Shown here one piece after another: positions 47,306 through 62,895 of a stretch of 64,000 bases of DNA. The stretch is from Pseudovirgaria hyperparasitica (lineage: Eukaryota), in assembly GCA_010093815.1 (NCBI GenBank), contig ML996569.1. One strand, 5' to 3'. The position numbers were made by a program, and so were the translations under genes. Numbering within the stretch: position 1 is the first letter of the stretch; every line of letters starts with the position of its first letter. Below the pieces are notes generated by a model. The model was not told the origin of the DNA, made no database searches, and saw nothing but the letters and a program-made list of their open reading frames with translations.

Positions 47306-48598
47306 TTACCTCCCCTTGCCAAAAAACTTCCTCTTCTTCCGCTCAAACATCTCCCCGCCCTGCACCCCACTGCCCCTCACCCCATCAACCGTCTCACGCG
47401 CCCTCTTCCGGCTCCGATCCAAGGCCCCCTTACTACCTCTCTTCCCAGCCCCCTTTGTCATCTCCCCAATCCGACTGACGCTCTCCCCAATACTCCGGAA
47501 GTCCTCGCCGCCAAACTGGCCCGCGTGCCCGCCGCGCGCGTTGTTGCGCTGCGCCAACTCCTTCTTGCTCAAAGCCGGCAGGCGGACGAGGTTTGATTCT
47601 TCGTAGGCGCGGCGCTCGGCGTCTTCGCGGCGCTCGCGGTCCGAGGCCATGCGTCTGCCGCCTGAGACTATTGTGCTGCCGATGGAGGGCTCGGCGAGTG
47701 GGGCGGTGGAGAGCTCGTGGGTGATGTATTCGTCTAGGGTGTTTGATTTTTGGGGGCGGCGGGTGGTGGTGGTGGTGGATTTGGGGGTTGTGGTGGATAG
47801 GGTGTTGGTGGAGGAGGGCATGGCGGTTGGGTTGATGCGTGGTGGGCGGTATATGCCTGTGTCGGGTGTGGGTGAGGCGCGGGATTTGCGTGAGGTTGGT
47901 TGGGCGGGTGTTTGGGTGGTGATGGATGATGATGGGCGGCGGAATGCGGAGGGGTTGGGGCGGTAGGAGAGGTCGTCGATTGTGGTGGTGTCGTTGTCGT
48001 TGTCGTGGTTGTCTGTGGCGGATGCAGCGTCGTCTGAGGAGTCGTTGTCTGAGCCGCTGCCGTCTGAATCGCTGTCATCTGAGCCATCGCTATCATCTCC
48101 AGACTCTCCTTGTGCTTGTGCTGTCTGTGTCTCCTTGACCAGTCCATTCGCGCCTTTCCCCCGCTCCGCATCCTCAGCCGCCCGGACGACTTTATCAACC
48201 TGATACTTCAACCTGCCCTCCAGCGGCCGCACGCCCTTTTCGAGATAGACACGCAGACGGACGAGGTGTTTGACGATATCTTGCTGGAGGTTGTCTGCGC
48301 CAACATCATTATCTTCTTCATCTGTGGTTGCTTGTGCTATGCTGCCACCACGAAGTCGGCGAATTTTGACAAGCATGAGAAAGACAAAGTTGCGCAGATA
48401 CTCGAGGAATAGCTCGTTTTTGGTGTCGAGGAGGGATATGCCATGTTCGGGTGGTGTTGTGAAGGTTTGGCGCGCGGCAGCTTCGTTATTGCCGTTGGTG
48501 GTGGTTTGGGGGAGACATTCGAGGGCGTCGTTGAGGGAGGTAGTGAGGGACGTGAGGAGAGTACTGAGGCTTTGAGGGGGTTTCTGAAGGGCTGTCAT
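47306..48598 (-). CDS. LCP5: U3 snoRNP-associated protein Lcp5/neuroguidin (Sas10/Utp3/C1D domain)
   Basis: GISLLDTKNELFLEY, LVRLRVYLEKGVRPLEGRLKYQVDKVV, LSYRPNP, GIYRPPRI, AYEESNLVRL. Confidence 0.92.
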   Translation of the reverse strand: MTALQKPPQSLSTLLTSLTTSLNDALECLPQTTTNGNNEAAARQTFTTPPEHGISLLDTKNELFLEYLRNFVFLMLVKIRRLRGGSIAQATTDEEDNDVGADNLQQDIVKHLVRLRVYLEKGVRPLEGRLKYQVDKVVRAAEDAERGKGANGLVKETQTAQAQGESGDDSDGSDDSDSDGSGSDNDSSDDAASATDNHDNDNDTTTIDDLSYRPNPSAFRRPSSSITTQTPAQPTSRKSRASPTPDTGIYRPPRINPTAMPSSTNTLSTTTPKSTTTTTRRPQKSNTLDEYITHELSTAPLAEPSIGSTIVSGGRRMASDRERREDAERRAYEESNLVRLPALSKKELAQRNNARGGHAGQFGGEDFRSIGESVSRIGEMTKGAGKRGSKGALDRSRKRARETVDGVRGSGVQGGEMFERKKRKFFGKGR

Positions 48599-49051
48599 GG
48601 TGCGTGGTGTTGTGTGCTGTGTGTCTTCCTGAATGCGTGGTTGAATATTACCTGGGTATTAGTAGACATGAAGAATTGACAGAAAAGTTAAAGTGGAGTC
48701 GAAATCTTGGCACACTAGTACTTTTTACCTTACCAGTCCTGTGGCCTCACAAACAAGGCTTCTGAATGATAATTCATTAGCCAATGACAACCCATTCATC
48801 TTTTCAAAACCGGCAAGTCGTTCCCGACTTGTCCTTGTGGAACTTCTCGACTGCATGCCTTAGACACGCACGTTATGCCCTCCCCTCGCCCTCGTTCTGA
48901 CAACTAATTTTATATTCTTATGTTTATAACAACATCGTAGCTTATCTTGTTGTAGATATATCTCTCTTTTCTACACTTTTCGCAAATAATATGTTGATTT
49001 ATTGTCAGTCAATGTGATATGAACACAGGAAGAGATCACAAACGTGACGGA

Positions 49052-49052
<1 letters not shown>

Positions 49053-49088
<36 letters not shown>
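49053..49088. repeat. (AC)18 microsatellite
   Basis: Directly visible. Confidence 0.98.
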
Positions 49089-49090
<2 letters not shown>

Positions 49091-49371
49091 CGTTGGGCAA
49101 CTCATGGGGGTATATAATATGTACACTCGAACCTGTACTCGTCGTCTTCATGGACGGACGAGTATCATGATAAAATCCCTTTATCCTCCTTAGATGTCAC
49201 ACATACACTTTCTCTCTTCGATCTTCTTTGACCAGCCGCAGCTTGTCCTAGCCACAGCCACGGTATGATTTCTCGTCTTGTTTTCAGTATTTCTAAAAAA
49301 GGCTTTCCAAGCACATTGTCCCCCACGAAAAAAAGGACGCCCGTATCAAGAGGGAAAGCAAAAATATATCT

Positions 49372-51366
<1,995 letters not shown>

Positions 51367-52630
51367 TTATTTAGAGAATGAGAGAATGAGTAGAGTTAAG
51401 TGAAAGGACAGGTTTGGCGCGACACGAACACGAAATTAGCTTGGGTGAGCAGTGAACGATGTGTGTACCGACTGACAATGAATGATACATACAACAATAA
51501 GAATAGCAAGGACCCTGGCAACTCCACTTTGCACCTTGCAGGCCTTGAACTGGTTGGCTCCAGCCGCTGATTTAGGGGCCCACCAGCCTAAATTTTGGGG
51601 GGGAGGGGTGGGCGGCTTAGGCTTAGGTTTAGGCTTCTTACAGTAGGCTTTTAGGGGGTGGTCAACTGGCCATTCTCGCCATTCTCGCCTGACGATGCTA
51701 CCTACCCAGTAACTAACCTACCATTCACATTCCGCACTGTGCACGTAACGTTGCACGCACACGCACACGCACGCCCTACCTGTCGCCCTCTGCGCTGCGA
51801 CACGATCTATGTATAAATACATACATACTCCTGCATCTCATCTACTAACCAGCTCTTCAGCCAATAGCACCGCTTCATCACACGCGCCATCTGCATCCAT
51901 CCGGCGTGCAAGGAGACACCTCACTGCGACCTCATTCATCCCGTCCGTCCGCGAGGCGTAGCGATCAGAGACTGTGAGAGCTCACATACACACACGCACA
52001 CAAAACGCGAAAAACAGGAACGTGGCAAAAGTCAAAAGTCAAAAGACAAAGTCGAAACGACAATGGAAACAACAGGCTGAGGTGTGAGGTGCAGTCAACA
52101 AAGAAAACACCACACACCTAGCTAGCACCACCAGCCGTTGACGTTGACCCACTCCTTGATAAATGATTGATTGATAGAGACTTAGAGAGTATCTGGGCAA
52201 CGCACGCCCCCCTGGCTGCGGCTGTAGATCGGCCAGAAAGTGGACCTACGACCAGCTACACTATCCATCCATCCATCCTACTGGAAGCGAAACGAAACGA
52301 AACGAAAATTCATAGAGAAAAAAGGTCCCCCCCTTGTTGCCTCCCTCCTTGTCCCTGGCCAAGGATGGCTGGGCGAGTAAATGGTCTGACGATTAATTTC
52401 GTTGTTTCCCTTGTCGGGTGTGGTATGTTTAAACGGCCATTCATTCATGGCATATTGATGTGCGGATGAGATTCCCACGTCTCGAGGCCGCCATGTAATG
52501 CTGCGGTTGCGTCCTTGGGTGTTCGTGGTGGCGCCGGGTGGCTTGCTGGCTTGCTGGCATGCTCGGGCGTGGAGGCTCAGTTTCCCTTAGCTGGTGGACC
52601 TTCTAGGTAGGTGGGGGCTGAGCTGCTGTG

Positions 52631-52654
52631 TGAGTGAGTGAGTGAGTGAGTGAG
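52631..52654. repeat. (TGAG)6 microsatellite
   Basis: Directly visible. Confidence 0.95.
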
Positions 52655-53517
52655 ACATAACAAAAGTGTATGTTATGCTATAATGCCACCAAAAACCTAC
52701 CTACACCTTATGCCATCTACATAGTCAAAAATCACTCACTCAGGCCAGTCAGGCCAGCAGCGCTGAACAGTAATAGACCAAGAAGCCGAAAGGGTAGCAT
52801 CAACGAGAACCATCATGCTCAGCTGTCCAGCCAGCCAGTCATGTGCCAACCAACCCAATACAAAGGGCCACCTGAGGAGTGAGGAGCAAGATATCCATCT
52901 GCTGATTGATGATGGCGATGATAGTAGTAGTGGTGGTGTGCTGTTTTAAAATGACCATACTTAATTATTGTATGATCCATTTCCGTCATCACCTGCATCC
53001 GTTCGTCACCCCGAGAGATAATGATTACGTATGTGAACAGGAAAGGAACAGACATGGGATTTGATTAATTAGTTAGTCTCGTGAGCCGAGTGCTTGGATG
53101 CTTGATGGCATGCCATCTTCATTCATTCGAACCGATTAATTACACTGTGAGTTTGGAGCGCGCGATATGAGAACGAAGTCGTCATGCGTTTTTTGTTTCG
53201 CTTTACTTCTACTTGTTCATTCATTCACCCTTCCTTCCCTTTGTTTACCCAAGCTATACCTTAGTAGCTACAACTCACCCACCCAGCAACTGATCAGCCA
53301 AGACACGCATACCACATCGTATCCGCGATGCTGCCGTCCCATCACGTAGTCTTGCATCTTACTCCCATGAAAAAGACCTCGTGCTTCCAATATGCTGCTG
53401 CGTGACACGCCTCTCGGCTATTCTATTCTATCTTCCGAGGGAAATCTCTACCTGCGTACCTACCTACCTACCCACGTTTCTCTCTCTCTCCATGTATATG
53501 TACATCCATCTCATCTC

Positions 53518-56500
53518 CTACAGCTCATCCCGCTTCCGCTCCGCTGCCTTCTCAATAAACTCCCGTTCATTCTCCAGCTCCTGCTCGCTCTTCAGCGTCA
53601 CTCTCTCCCCTTGCACCCGTTTCGCCAATGCTGCAATCTCGTCGTCGTACACTGTCCATTCCGGTACCTGTCTTCTTGCGCGGTCCAGCTTGGGCTCCTT
53701 TGTCTCTGGGTTGTTGCACAGGTCAATTGTCTTCGCTTCCTTGAGGCTTGCATCGCTGCACCATGTCTCACACCAGAGCCACTCTTGCGGCAGACTATGG
53801 ATGGGAAGCATGGTCTGCATGTTGTTGGGCAGGTCCTGGTCTAGATTGCTCAGACTGTTGGGGTCCGCTGACAGCTGATGATACTGCTGGCGTAGTCGAT
53901 CGCCAGCAGCCATCTGTCTGAATTGCTTCAGGTCGACCACGTAGAGAGCGCTGATGTGGTAGGGCAACCCGCGGAGGAAGCTTTTCCAGTAGCCCACCTT
54001 CCAGAACCGGTACCCCTCCATCTCTGTGCGACTGTCGCACATGGGCGTGAATCCATAAGGTGCCCCTTGCAAGTCATGCTTCACTAGTTCGTACATGTCC
54101 GTTCGCACAATCTGGTCTGCGTCGACAAAGATGACCTTGTCCAGGTCGAGCGGGAAGAGGACGTCGAGGAAAAGTATCTTGTAGCCCCAGATCTCGCGCT
54201 GCTTCTCCTTCTGCCCTCGTAGCCAGTGCGGCCACTTGTACGTGACCATCTCGTACTCAAACCCGTATTCAGCCGCCATGTTGGGGAGAAACGACTTGAA
54301 CGATGGTGATAAAAATTGCTCAATGAACCAGAACTTGACCGTATGGCTTGTGTGCTTCATCACACTCAGCATCATGATGTTGAGCATGCGTTCGTACAAA
54401 TGTCCACTCGCCACAGAGAAGATGTTAATTTCGGCGTGCTTGGAGGCCTTTCCAGGACTTAGTCCATTGTGCGAGACCAGGTCTGAGAGCCCTTTCAGAC
54501 CCTGCGATATTAGCTTGCTGCCTGATAAGCCGACCTTGGAAAGGAGCGTGTCAACAACTTCACCAGCTGTATCAGCCAGATCGGCTGCAAAGCTAGATGG
54601 CCCCGACAACACATCCTCCTCTTCCATGCCGGGGTTGCGACTGAATCGCGGGTACAGTGTTGCTCCCTGAAAGCTCATCAGCGCAATTTCTGGGGTTTCA
54701 TCTCCAGCCTGAGGGTTGTATCCTTTAGTTCCCGCGCTTTCAAGCTTGAATACCTCCTGACTACGCCCACTCTGAAGAGAAATGCTATAGAAGCCGGGCA
54801 CAGCCTTGAATTGGAAGTACCCAAGATTGGCCATGATGAGAGTGTCTGCAATTTGAGCGTCCTTGGCAGTCCCGAGAACAAGCTGCGCGCCGCGAGGAGC
54901 TACTGTTGTCGTCAGGTCTCGAGAATGTCCTTCGATGAGGATGTGTTCTAGTTTGTAGAGTGCATCTATAGATGCTAGCTGGCCTAGTGAGCTGAGCTTG
55001 ATGTTATCCAAGTCGTGGATACTCTCTTCCGGAGCCACGAGCCATGACGCTGCTACGTCCATACCCATTGTCAACAATGCCTCCGCAGGGATGCCCGAAA
55101 ACGATGCACGGAGACCACTAACAGACCCGTCCACCTCGAACATTGGCTTTGACTCGAGGACGTATCGATAGAAACGCTTGATTGGGAGCTCGGATAAGCT
55201 TGGCTTCGGGTTCATGAAGATGCGCAAGTGGATACCATCCAACTCTGACAGAACTTTGATCATCGGGATCCAGCGCTGAGCAACTTCACTGGCGGGGTCT
55301 ATTGACGCGACCAGTTGGACCGTCGCCTTCGCTTCATCTCCGTTGACGATGGCAGAATGTGTCGAATTGAATTTGTCAAATATGCTAGTCCTGACCGTGT
55401 TGGAAGTCTCAAACATACCTTCAGGCACGTCTGATTTTGATGAGAGCGCAAGAATAGAGCTAAGCTTAGCAGCGTCGGACGGTGTCTTGATTCGGTCAAT
55501 GAGATCCAGCTTTGAAATAGCTGCAACTGCAGGTCCAATGCGCTTCTTGACTTCATAATCCATCATTGTCTCAAAATCTGCTTTCAAGAACGCAGTACCT
55601 TCGGGAAGAGGTCCAACCAGCCGCCCATTGACGAGCACGCCCTGCTCACCCGGCTGGAGTCCTGTCAGCTTGACCAAAGGTTGTGCCTTAGTCCAGAACC
55701 GCTGAGCATCTTCTTTGCTGACTTCATTGAGATCTCCTGCGAATGAGTCTGTGAGCTCGATGGGTCTGAGTGACCGGCCATCTTTGTTAAGGACTAGGAG
55801 CCCACGTGACCAATGTGGTTCATCGGAAGACCCGGCTGAAGGGTTGTGGACGTATATTGTCTCGACGCTCGTGTTAGATTCCCTTAAGCGATACTGAGAC
55901 GACTGTGACAGAAGCCGCCTGCCATCTACGCTGTCAAAGTCGGCGATGACTATCATCTGAGCCCAATTCTCTTTCGCAGCGTTGTCTTCAACCGCTATGC
56001 GCGGTGCACCTGTGAGGAATTCTCCATGATCTTCCCATATCTTTCCGACATCGAACAGACGGACGCTACTTTCGTCTTTGGGTATGATGAGTGGGTTGCG
56101 GTTCAAGGCGGCCTGGAATAGGAAGATTTCCGGAAGCCAGCTGTCATCCGTGAAAACTTTCTCAAAGACACCTCTCTGGATCTTCCTGAAATCTAAACCG
56201 ATTCTAGAGCTAAGATTTTGAAGCCAGTCATCGTCCATAGTCACTGGTACCCCGTTCACAAACACAACGGATTCTGGTCCAGATATTGCTAGCCTGTTTG
56301 TATAACCACGAGCGCTTTCGAGACGCTTGGAAAGCTCCTCATCCACAAGAAGCTCTTCGAAGGTCAGTGCAGTTTGGTCCTTGCGTATGTTAACGCCTTC
56401 AATGGAGGATAGAAACGCAGACTTGTCCGCAGATCCATAGCTTTTGCTAGAAACAACCTATCCGAATTGATCAGCAGTTCATATCAGGTGAAACATAGGA

Positions 56501-58254
56501 CTGTTTACCATTTCTAGATATGATAACATAGTCTTGAGACCATATGTCTCCAAGAGGTGATATACAACTCGAGCTTGTTCGGCACTTGCGGAGGTCGTGG
56601 TAAGGGGGACCAAGCCCCATTGAACTGGTATCTTGCGCTGAATCAAACCACGCAGGGTCTCTAGGACAAGGCTGATATCCTTTGAAGCGGAGAAGTCGAT
56701 GGGAACAATGCTGTTGTGCAAATCACGTCTCAAGGGTGGCAGCTGTCCGGGATACATCCGTTGAAGAAGCTGCTGGAGTTAGTCTCCATAGTTCTATTGA
56801 GGCCCTGATACTGACCGTAGTAAGTTGAGTCGGCCAGTCCTCGTATCGCTTGTCTTTTTCGATGTTGTTGAGCCATAGAAGCACCTTTCCGCCTTCATTC
56901 GCGTCCCTAAAGTCATACCGCTGAGGGTCATCTTCGCCGTGAGTTTGTGCAACTTCAGAGTGCGATAGCAATTTTATTGCTTCGGGTCCACTAAACCCAA
57001 GCCTTCGCACTCCATTGATCAGCTTCCTCTCCCGACGGAGATGGTCGAGCAAGGAGAATGGATCGACCTTCCGGGGATCGACTTGAATGCCATTAATCCA
57101 AATCACGTTGTAGCCAGCTGGTAGAGCAAGATCACGATTTCCTTTCCATTCCTGGACAAATTCTTGCGATGCATTGTGCGCGCTGATGGCTGAAGAGTGT
57201 TTAGGGAAGTCCTGGGACAACTTCAATAATGTGTCAAGGGGATCTTTGCTCCCCAGAACAAAACTAGCAGCGTTTATTCCTAGAGACTCTAGCTCAGACT
57301 TTGAGAGAGGCTTCACATCCCGGATCTCATGTGTCCCCTCAAGCAGGGAATCTGCTTCGATGTTGACTTTCGCGGCCCCAAGCCCGTCACTCCGACCTTC
57401 CTGCCGGTCATCGATAACAATGTAGTCTGTCCTCTTCAGAGCTAGCTCGACTCCGTATCCGCTGACTAGCAAAGGTCTCGAAATCCCACTAGGGGGTTTG
57501 TGACGTATTCTATAAGAGGTTTTCCCTTGCCTTGCGGTTGCGCTCAGTGTTTTGTGGAATTGCGAGAATATCTCACTGGTGATGTCGACGTAAAGAATGG
57601 ACGAGAGAGCGTTCAGAGGATCACCGAGGATACGATCAAATGGCAACTGTGCGGACCTGGGCAAGGTTAGCTTGACTCTCGAAATGCCAGGCCACACGTC
57701 TTACCCAGAAGACACCAGAGACGTCTTGGGAGAATCTAAGGAGGGAGAGCAGTACTGCTTCCCACCAAAAGCCACCCAGGCTTCACACTTCTGTCCATCT
57801 GCCCCTGGAACTGACGGTTCTGCAGAGGTATTGTAATATTGGTAATGCGCCTCTATGCGCGGAGCTTCCGAACGTATGGATAGTGCCAGCTGGAATGAGG
57901 ACAGAGCTTCCGGCTCTGTGATATGACCATCCACCTCGAGTAATCCCAAGAACCTTGTATATAGTTCCTCGTCCGTTTGCACAGTGTTGAAATAGCCGTC
58001 TGCAATGCGATCAAGAATCGGGAAATAGGCTGTCACATTCTCTTCTGCGGCAGTCTCGCTACATCAGTCAGCTCTGTCCATTTCTGGGCGAGTACGAGGT
58101 CTCACAGGAGCTCTACTAGGTATGGAGGAGAGCCGAAAGCAGCTCTCAGGGCTACGTTTACTGGAGGCGTTTGTGCTAAGGTTGACGTTGGAACGAGGAT
58201 ACTAGAAGCGAGAAACGCTGTCCGTGTGCTCAGAGCCCATGTGTGTGCCTTCAT
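53518..58254 (-). CDS. gpt1/UGGT: UDP-glucose:glycoprotein glucosyltransferase (UGGT, GT24)
   Basis: Multi-exon. Signal peptide MKAHTWALS..., PPYLVELL|ETAAEEN, GYGVELALKRTDYIVIDDR, INIFSVASGHLYERM, FVDADQ, LSNLDQDLPN, WLWCETWC, ER-retention RDEL. Confidence 0.97.
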
Positions 58255-58962
58255 GATTGCTCAGAGTATGTTTATAGAAAACCACGCATGAGTATTAGAA
58301 GCACACGAGATGATGTCCGCCAATCGACGCGGTAAGAAACACGAAGAGCGACAGATTTGGATTTACGCTCCAAATAAAGAGAAAATGCGAGACTAGATCA
58401 TGCTTGCCATCATTGGAGATCTGCGCCGTCTGCCCAATGCGCCGACGTCAATCGTACTGCGTATGTGTTCTTTAGGTGAAGCCGAGGATTCGCCGCAATT
58501 TCGATATCGAGAGCCACAATCCGGATAGGTAGCCTTGTACGCTTCTTCGCCATTCTATCATCTATGCAGGCTTGAACGTATGACTAGATTCTTACGAGTG
58601 TCGATATGTAGAACATATGCGCCGATCGCCCTTCCCGCCCGCAAAAGACACTAATGTCGAATTCCACAAAGCACAATCTTCGTAGCGTCACACCAAGCAG
58701 ACGTCGTAAATTATCTAAGGTTATAGTGGACCCATCCAAGTATGATTACAGGTAGTGGTTCACGAAGCCTGGAAATGGATACAAACACGCCTGGCCGAGC
58801 TTTCAAGAACAATAAAATCAGTCAATTTCGCCCCTATAGACAACAAACACCGACCATCGCAAGAATACTAATCTAGACCTAGAAATTCTGAATACGCCAA
58901 CGCTATGCGGAATGGTATCTGAAAATCGCCCACCGTCGTCAAGAACATTACATCGATTCTAC

Positions 58963-59804
58963 TTAGAGGCCAATGCTGTGCATCTTGCCTTCGGTCTTGC
59001 ACTTTTGATAGCACGCCTCAGTAGCAATAGCAAGGTTGGCCGGAATGTTCTGGCGGATAGTCTGAATATCGGCACCGGCGAGAGATTTGGGGAAGCCAAT
59101 GACCGCTTTGACGACCTCATCGTTCAAGTTAAGGAAGTTCTGAGCAATCTGACCAGTGCCCGGGTCCTCGCTGTTGAGGGCAGCGACGAATGTGGTGTTG
59201 TCGCAGTTGTTATTAAACTGGTAGTGGATAGACCCAACCGGGAAAACCGTGCCTTGTAGTTTCTCGACCCTCGCAGTGAGCTCAGACTGTTTGCCTGCAC
59301 CGACAATAGCGTTCTCGAGAATGATACCGACGTCGACACCTGGCCCCTCTACAACAGTAAGGAATTCGGTAGCACGAGGATGGACGTGTCTGTAAACAAT
59401 TAGTATATGTTTGCGCGGTGGAGAACGGAGACATACGGGGTATTTATACCACAGGGACCAAGGTTGGCGACAGTGACAGAGATGCCGAGATCAGTCAGAA
59501 CCGGGAAGGTCTCGACGTTAGCAGATTTGACTGTGCCACCAGCTGAAACAGCACCATTGTTGAAGTCGAAAACCAATGCCTTCTTGAGAGCTTCGGCATC
59601 AAGGAGCTCAGACCCTTTTTGGTCTTTGGTAAAGAGTCTTTGGAAGCGGATCTTGGCGGAAGGGGCTGTCTGAAGCGATTCGAGGAAGGGGATATCAGGG
59701 CCAGCAGGGGCTTGACGAGCAGAGAGTGAGGAAGAAGCTGGTGCCGCTTGAGTGATTGAGGCCGTAAGGGCTAGGAACAGGATCTTAGTGATAGATGGTG
59801 ACAT
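58963..59804 (-). CDS. Secreted spherulin-1/germin-like cupin protein
   Basis: Signal peptide, germin box PCGINTP|HVHPRATE, GTVFPVGSIHYQFN, AALNSEDPG and terminal C-x3-C; one intron. Confidence 0.9.
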
Positions 59805-60577
59805 TATGATGTTTGGTTTCAGTTCTCAACAAATGTTTCAAACTGTAAGAACTAGTGATACAAGATCGTTGAGCAATGACACAACAGATGGTGGGTGTAT
59901 TTGCTTGACGAGTGTGATGTAGATAATAGTTTTTTAGGTACATCCCATCGTCACTTTATACATTTCTCGTCTTGCATGAGTCCGTCTATCCACAAGCGCC
60001 CCATTGGACAGAAGTCGTCCAGCTATGCGCAGTGGCTGAGGCGAAGCTGAATTCGAAGCCCTTTGCCAAGCTCGTCAACATCAGAGGTTAGCCACGAAAA
60101 ACGTGGGTGTTAGCTTATCTAGATTATCGTACGGTGAGATTGACCCTGGCATGTGGTACAGATCCAAGATTTTCATGGGGTATCCTTCCTCGGAAACACG
60201 AGTGCCGTGCTGTGTTTAGCCGCGAGCTGGTGCGGCGCAGGCACTGCTCAAAATAGATATGGTTCATAAGCAAATGCCAAGGACCTTCGAATACCTGAGA
60301 TTCCGATGCAAGGTCTGCAGCTGTCCAGCGACCAAACCCCATGCAACTCTAGTTTCTCGCATTCGCTCTCCAAGTGCTCCATCTGTTCCAGCCACTTCAT
60401 CAATTGTGCCTTCCATTTGGGACACCCAATGATCATGAGCTTTAGACCGACACTAATGCACCAGAGGACAAAATTTGGACAGACCAGGATCCAGACTAAT
60501 GCAGGAGAACAGGAGTTGTCAATATTGAAGAGAATCCTCTGCCACAAAATAGTAATAGCAGTCAAACAAAAGTATAT

Positions 60578-61498
60578 TTACGCCCTTGAGGAAGGACGAC
60601 TTATATCTGAGTCGATAATCATAGGGTCATCGAGGACCCAGAATGGTAGAGCCTCAAGTGACGGCACGATCTCGCCATCCAACAGCGCTGGTGATGAGCG
60701 GAACGTGTCATGCCCGTTTGGCTCTTCATCCTCAGGGATGTTGAAACTCGGGAGCTCCTCGAAGGTAAGGGATGACCTGTCGCCTGGGCCACGCACACGA
60801 CGTCGCAGTCGTCGAGCGCTACAACCCAAGTCATGTGCATTCAATTCTTCGAGGTCGTCCGTGTCCGTGTCGCTACCTATACTTTGACTGTGTGTACGCT
60901 TGTAATAGCCTGCGCTCCATCTCTTCTTCTTCCTTCTGTATCTTCTCGCCTGCTCACCTGACACATTCTCATCGTCTGTACCGCAATTCATCCTCCGAAA
61001 CCCTCCCAGAAGAATGTCTCTGTCATCGTGTCCATGATCACTAGTGACCTCCTCCGTGTTGTCTGGCCTCACGATTTCGACGTCACTGGCAAATGAAGAT
61101 GTGGTATCAGCGAGTTCTTCGATGATGAGCTGATCCTGCGATGCTTTCCTATCTAACGGTTTTTGGATGCCAAGGCCACTGTTCTGGGTTCCTGCATCTG
61201 ACGGCTCTGGACTTGAAGCCTGTGCAAAGCTTGAGACGCTCGAGCGCCTTGCCGATGTATTCTGAGCCTGAGGCCTAGTATAGTTGAAATGATGGCCTTG
61301 GCCTATTGGCTCGATATGCTCGAGAGGAGGCGATTGTGATTGACTGAAGGCTGAATATGTAAACAGACCTGCGTATCGTGTTGGAGGGTGGCTCGTAGCC
61401 GACGGGAAGCGGGGTTGTGTCTTTGAACTAGGTGTAGCTGGAGGAGACGTGGGCTGCGTGGGAAGAGGATGGGAAGTTTTGGGATCAGACTCGTTCAT
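60578..61498 (-). CDS. Hypothetical disordered protein with basic NLS-like and acidic patches
   Basis: Single ~306-codon ORF from ATG 61498 with RRYRRKKKRWSAGYYKRTHSQSIGSDTD and SARRLRRRVRGPGDRSSLTFEE; no recognisable domain. Confidence 0.75.
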   Translation of the reverse strand: MNESDPKTSHPLPTQPTSPPATPSSKTQPRFPSATSHPPTRYAGLFTYSAFSQSQSPPLEHIEPIGQGHHFNYTRPQAQNTSARRSSVSSFAQASSPEPSDAGTQNSGLGIQKPLDRKASQDQLIIEELADTTSSFASDVEIVRPDNTEEVTSDHGHDDRDILLGGFRRMNCGTDDENVSGEQARRYRRKKKRWSAGYYKRTHSQSIGSDTDTDDLEELNAHDLGCSARRLRRRVRGPGDRSSLTFEELPSFNIPEDEEPNGHDTFRSSPALLDGEIVPSLEALPFWVLDDPMIIDSDISRPSSRA

Positions 61499-62895
61499 GG
61501 CTATTCGCTGAGTGCAATAGTCAATCAATTTGAAAAATCCAGAATGTATTGGTCGTCAAATGTGACTTGGACGGGTTGATGCCACAAAGCGCAAATCAAC
61601 AGAGGCCGGTCTATTGAAACGATGGGATCGATCAGGGGCACAAAAGTGCGACGAGTATTTAGGATATGAATATGGAAGAATAATGGTTTGTAGACTTTGA
61701 GAGCATTACCATGTTTCGGACAGTCGGACTTTTGTTGAGCTTGACGTCGGCGCGCATGCCACGATAGCAAATCGTGGGAGTGTAAAGAAGTCAGTCCCGG
61801 CGACTTTGATGGCTTATCGTGAGGCGAGCGAACAATGAACTCATAGGTAGCAGTGCAGGAAAATGACAGCTCAGAGCAGGAGACTTCGACCAGTAGGAAA
61901 AGGAAGACGTGGGGAAGGTCAAACCTACCCCAGAAAGAATTTTTCCACAGAGGCCTTGAAAGATGTGATGATGACTGTTCGGTGTTGGGTCTTAGGGTTC
62001 GTCGTGCAAAAAAGAAAGATCAATCCAGCGTCCGCCGGTTAGATTCTCGCCAGCTGTTCCATCGGCCTTTGAGCTGGCAAGCGGACGCCCAAGACCTTTC
62101 AAGGAGATGCCCATATGAAATGTGTTCGCCAGCAATTTGTGTGGAGCAGGACACACTGCAAGGGTAGTAGCCTTTCGCATCTCGCAGTAATTTCTGGCCT
62201 GCTGCAGTAGTGAACTAAGTGAAGCATGTCCTCGAACCAATCGCAGCGTCCGGTCATGTTCGCGTGAACAGGCCAATCCCTGTCATCGAGATATGGACGA
62301 GTGTATGAGATGGCTTCAGCATGGATGAGGCGTGTGTGGCAATGATCCTCCTCGAGAGCAAAATTCGGCTACATCATCATGTTCATATCGTCAGTCGCCA
62401 GAGCGCGAAATTTTCGACTGGGACCTTGCTGCTCGATCTCGACAGTCAGTAGTCAAGCAGATGGGGAAAAATTGTGGATACATCAAACATGGGCAGAACC
62501 TTCGAGGGTTCTATGAGTGGTGTATGAAGTGACAGAATTGCCCCGAGAGGATGAAGTTTTCAAATTTCAGGAAGTTCCGGTCAACTTTTTCAAGTTTCTG
62601 CCTTAGAATATCCATCAGCCTGAGGCTTTAAATAATATTATGTAAGCGTGTAAAAGCGCGCCTGCCTGCATCTGGAAAGCTAGACGAGTCGCGATGAGGC
62701 CAGAGAATACGTTCCGTCTGGCTGTTGTTGTGCGAAGCCAAAGGTGTATGCGGGCAGTACCCTCGACCCTTGAAATCCTCTTACGTCCCATTCCTCCCAC
62801 GAACACGTCCATCTACACAGGCAATTGTAAATCGCGAAGCCCTGTCAAGAGAGTATACGCAAGTACTGAAGCTGCGGCTTCCATTGCTCCTCACC

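Noticed and set aside
51614..51636. TTAGGC/TTAGG telomere-like repeats
   Set aside because: Only about three imperfect copies in an SSR-rich promoter; too short to call an interstitial telomere.
51996..52014. CACAAAA/CGCGAAAA as an Ndt80/RON1 site for the hexosaminidase
   Set aside because: Imperfect match to gNCRCAAAW and embedded in a CA-rich repeat.
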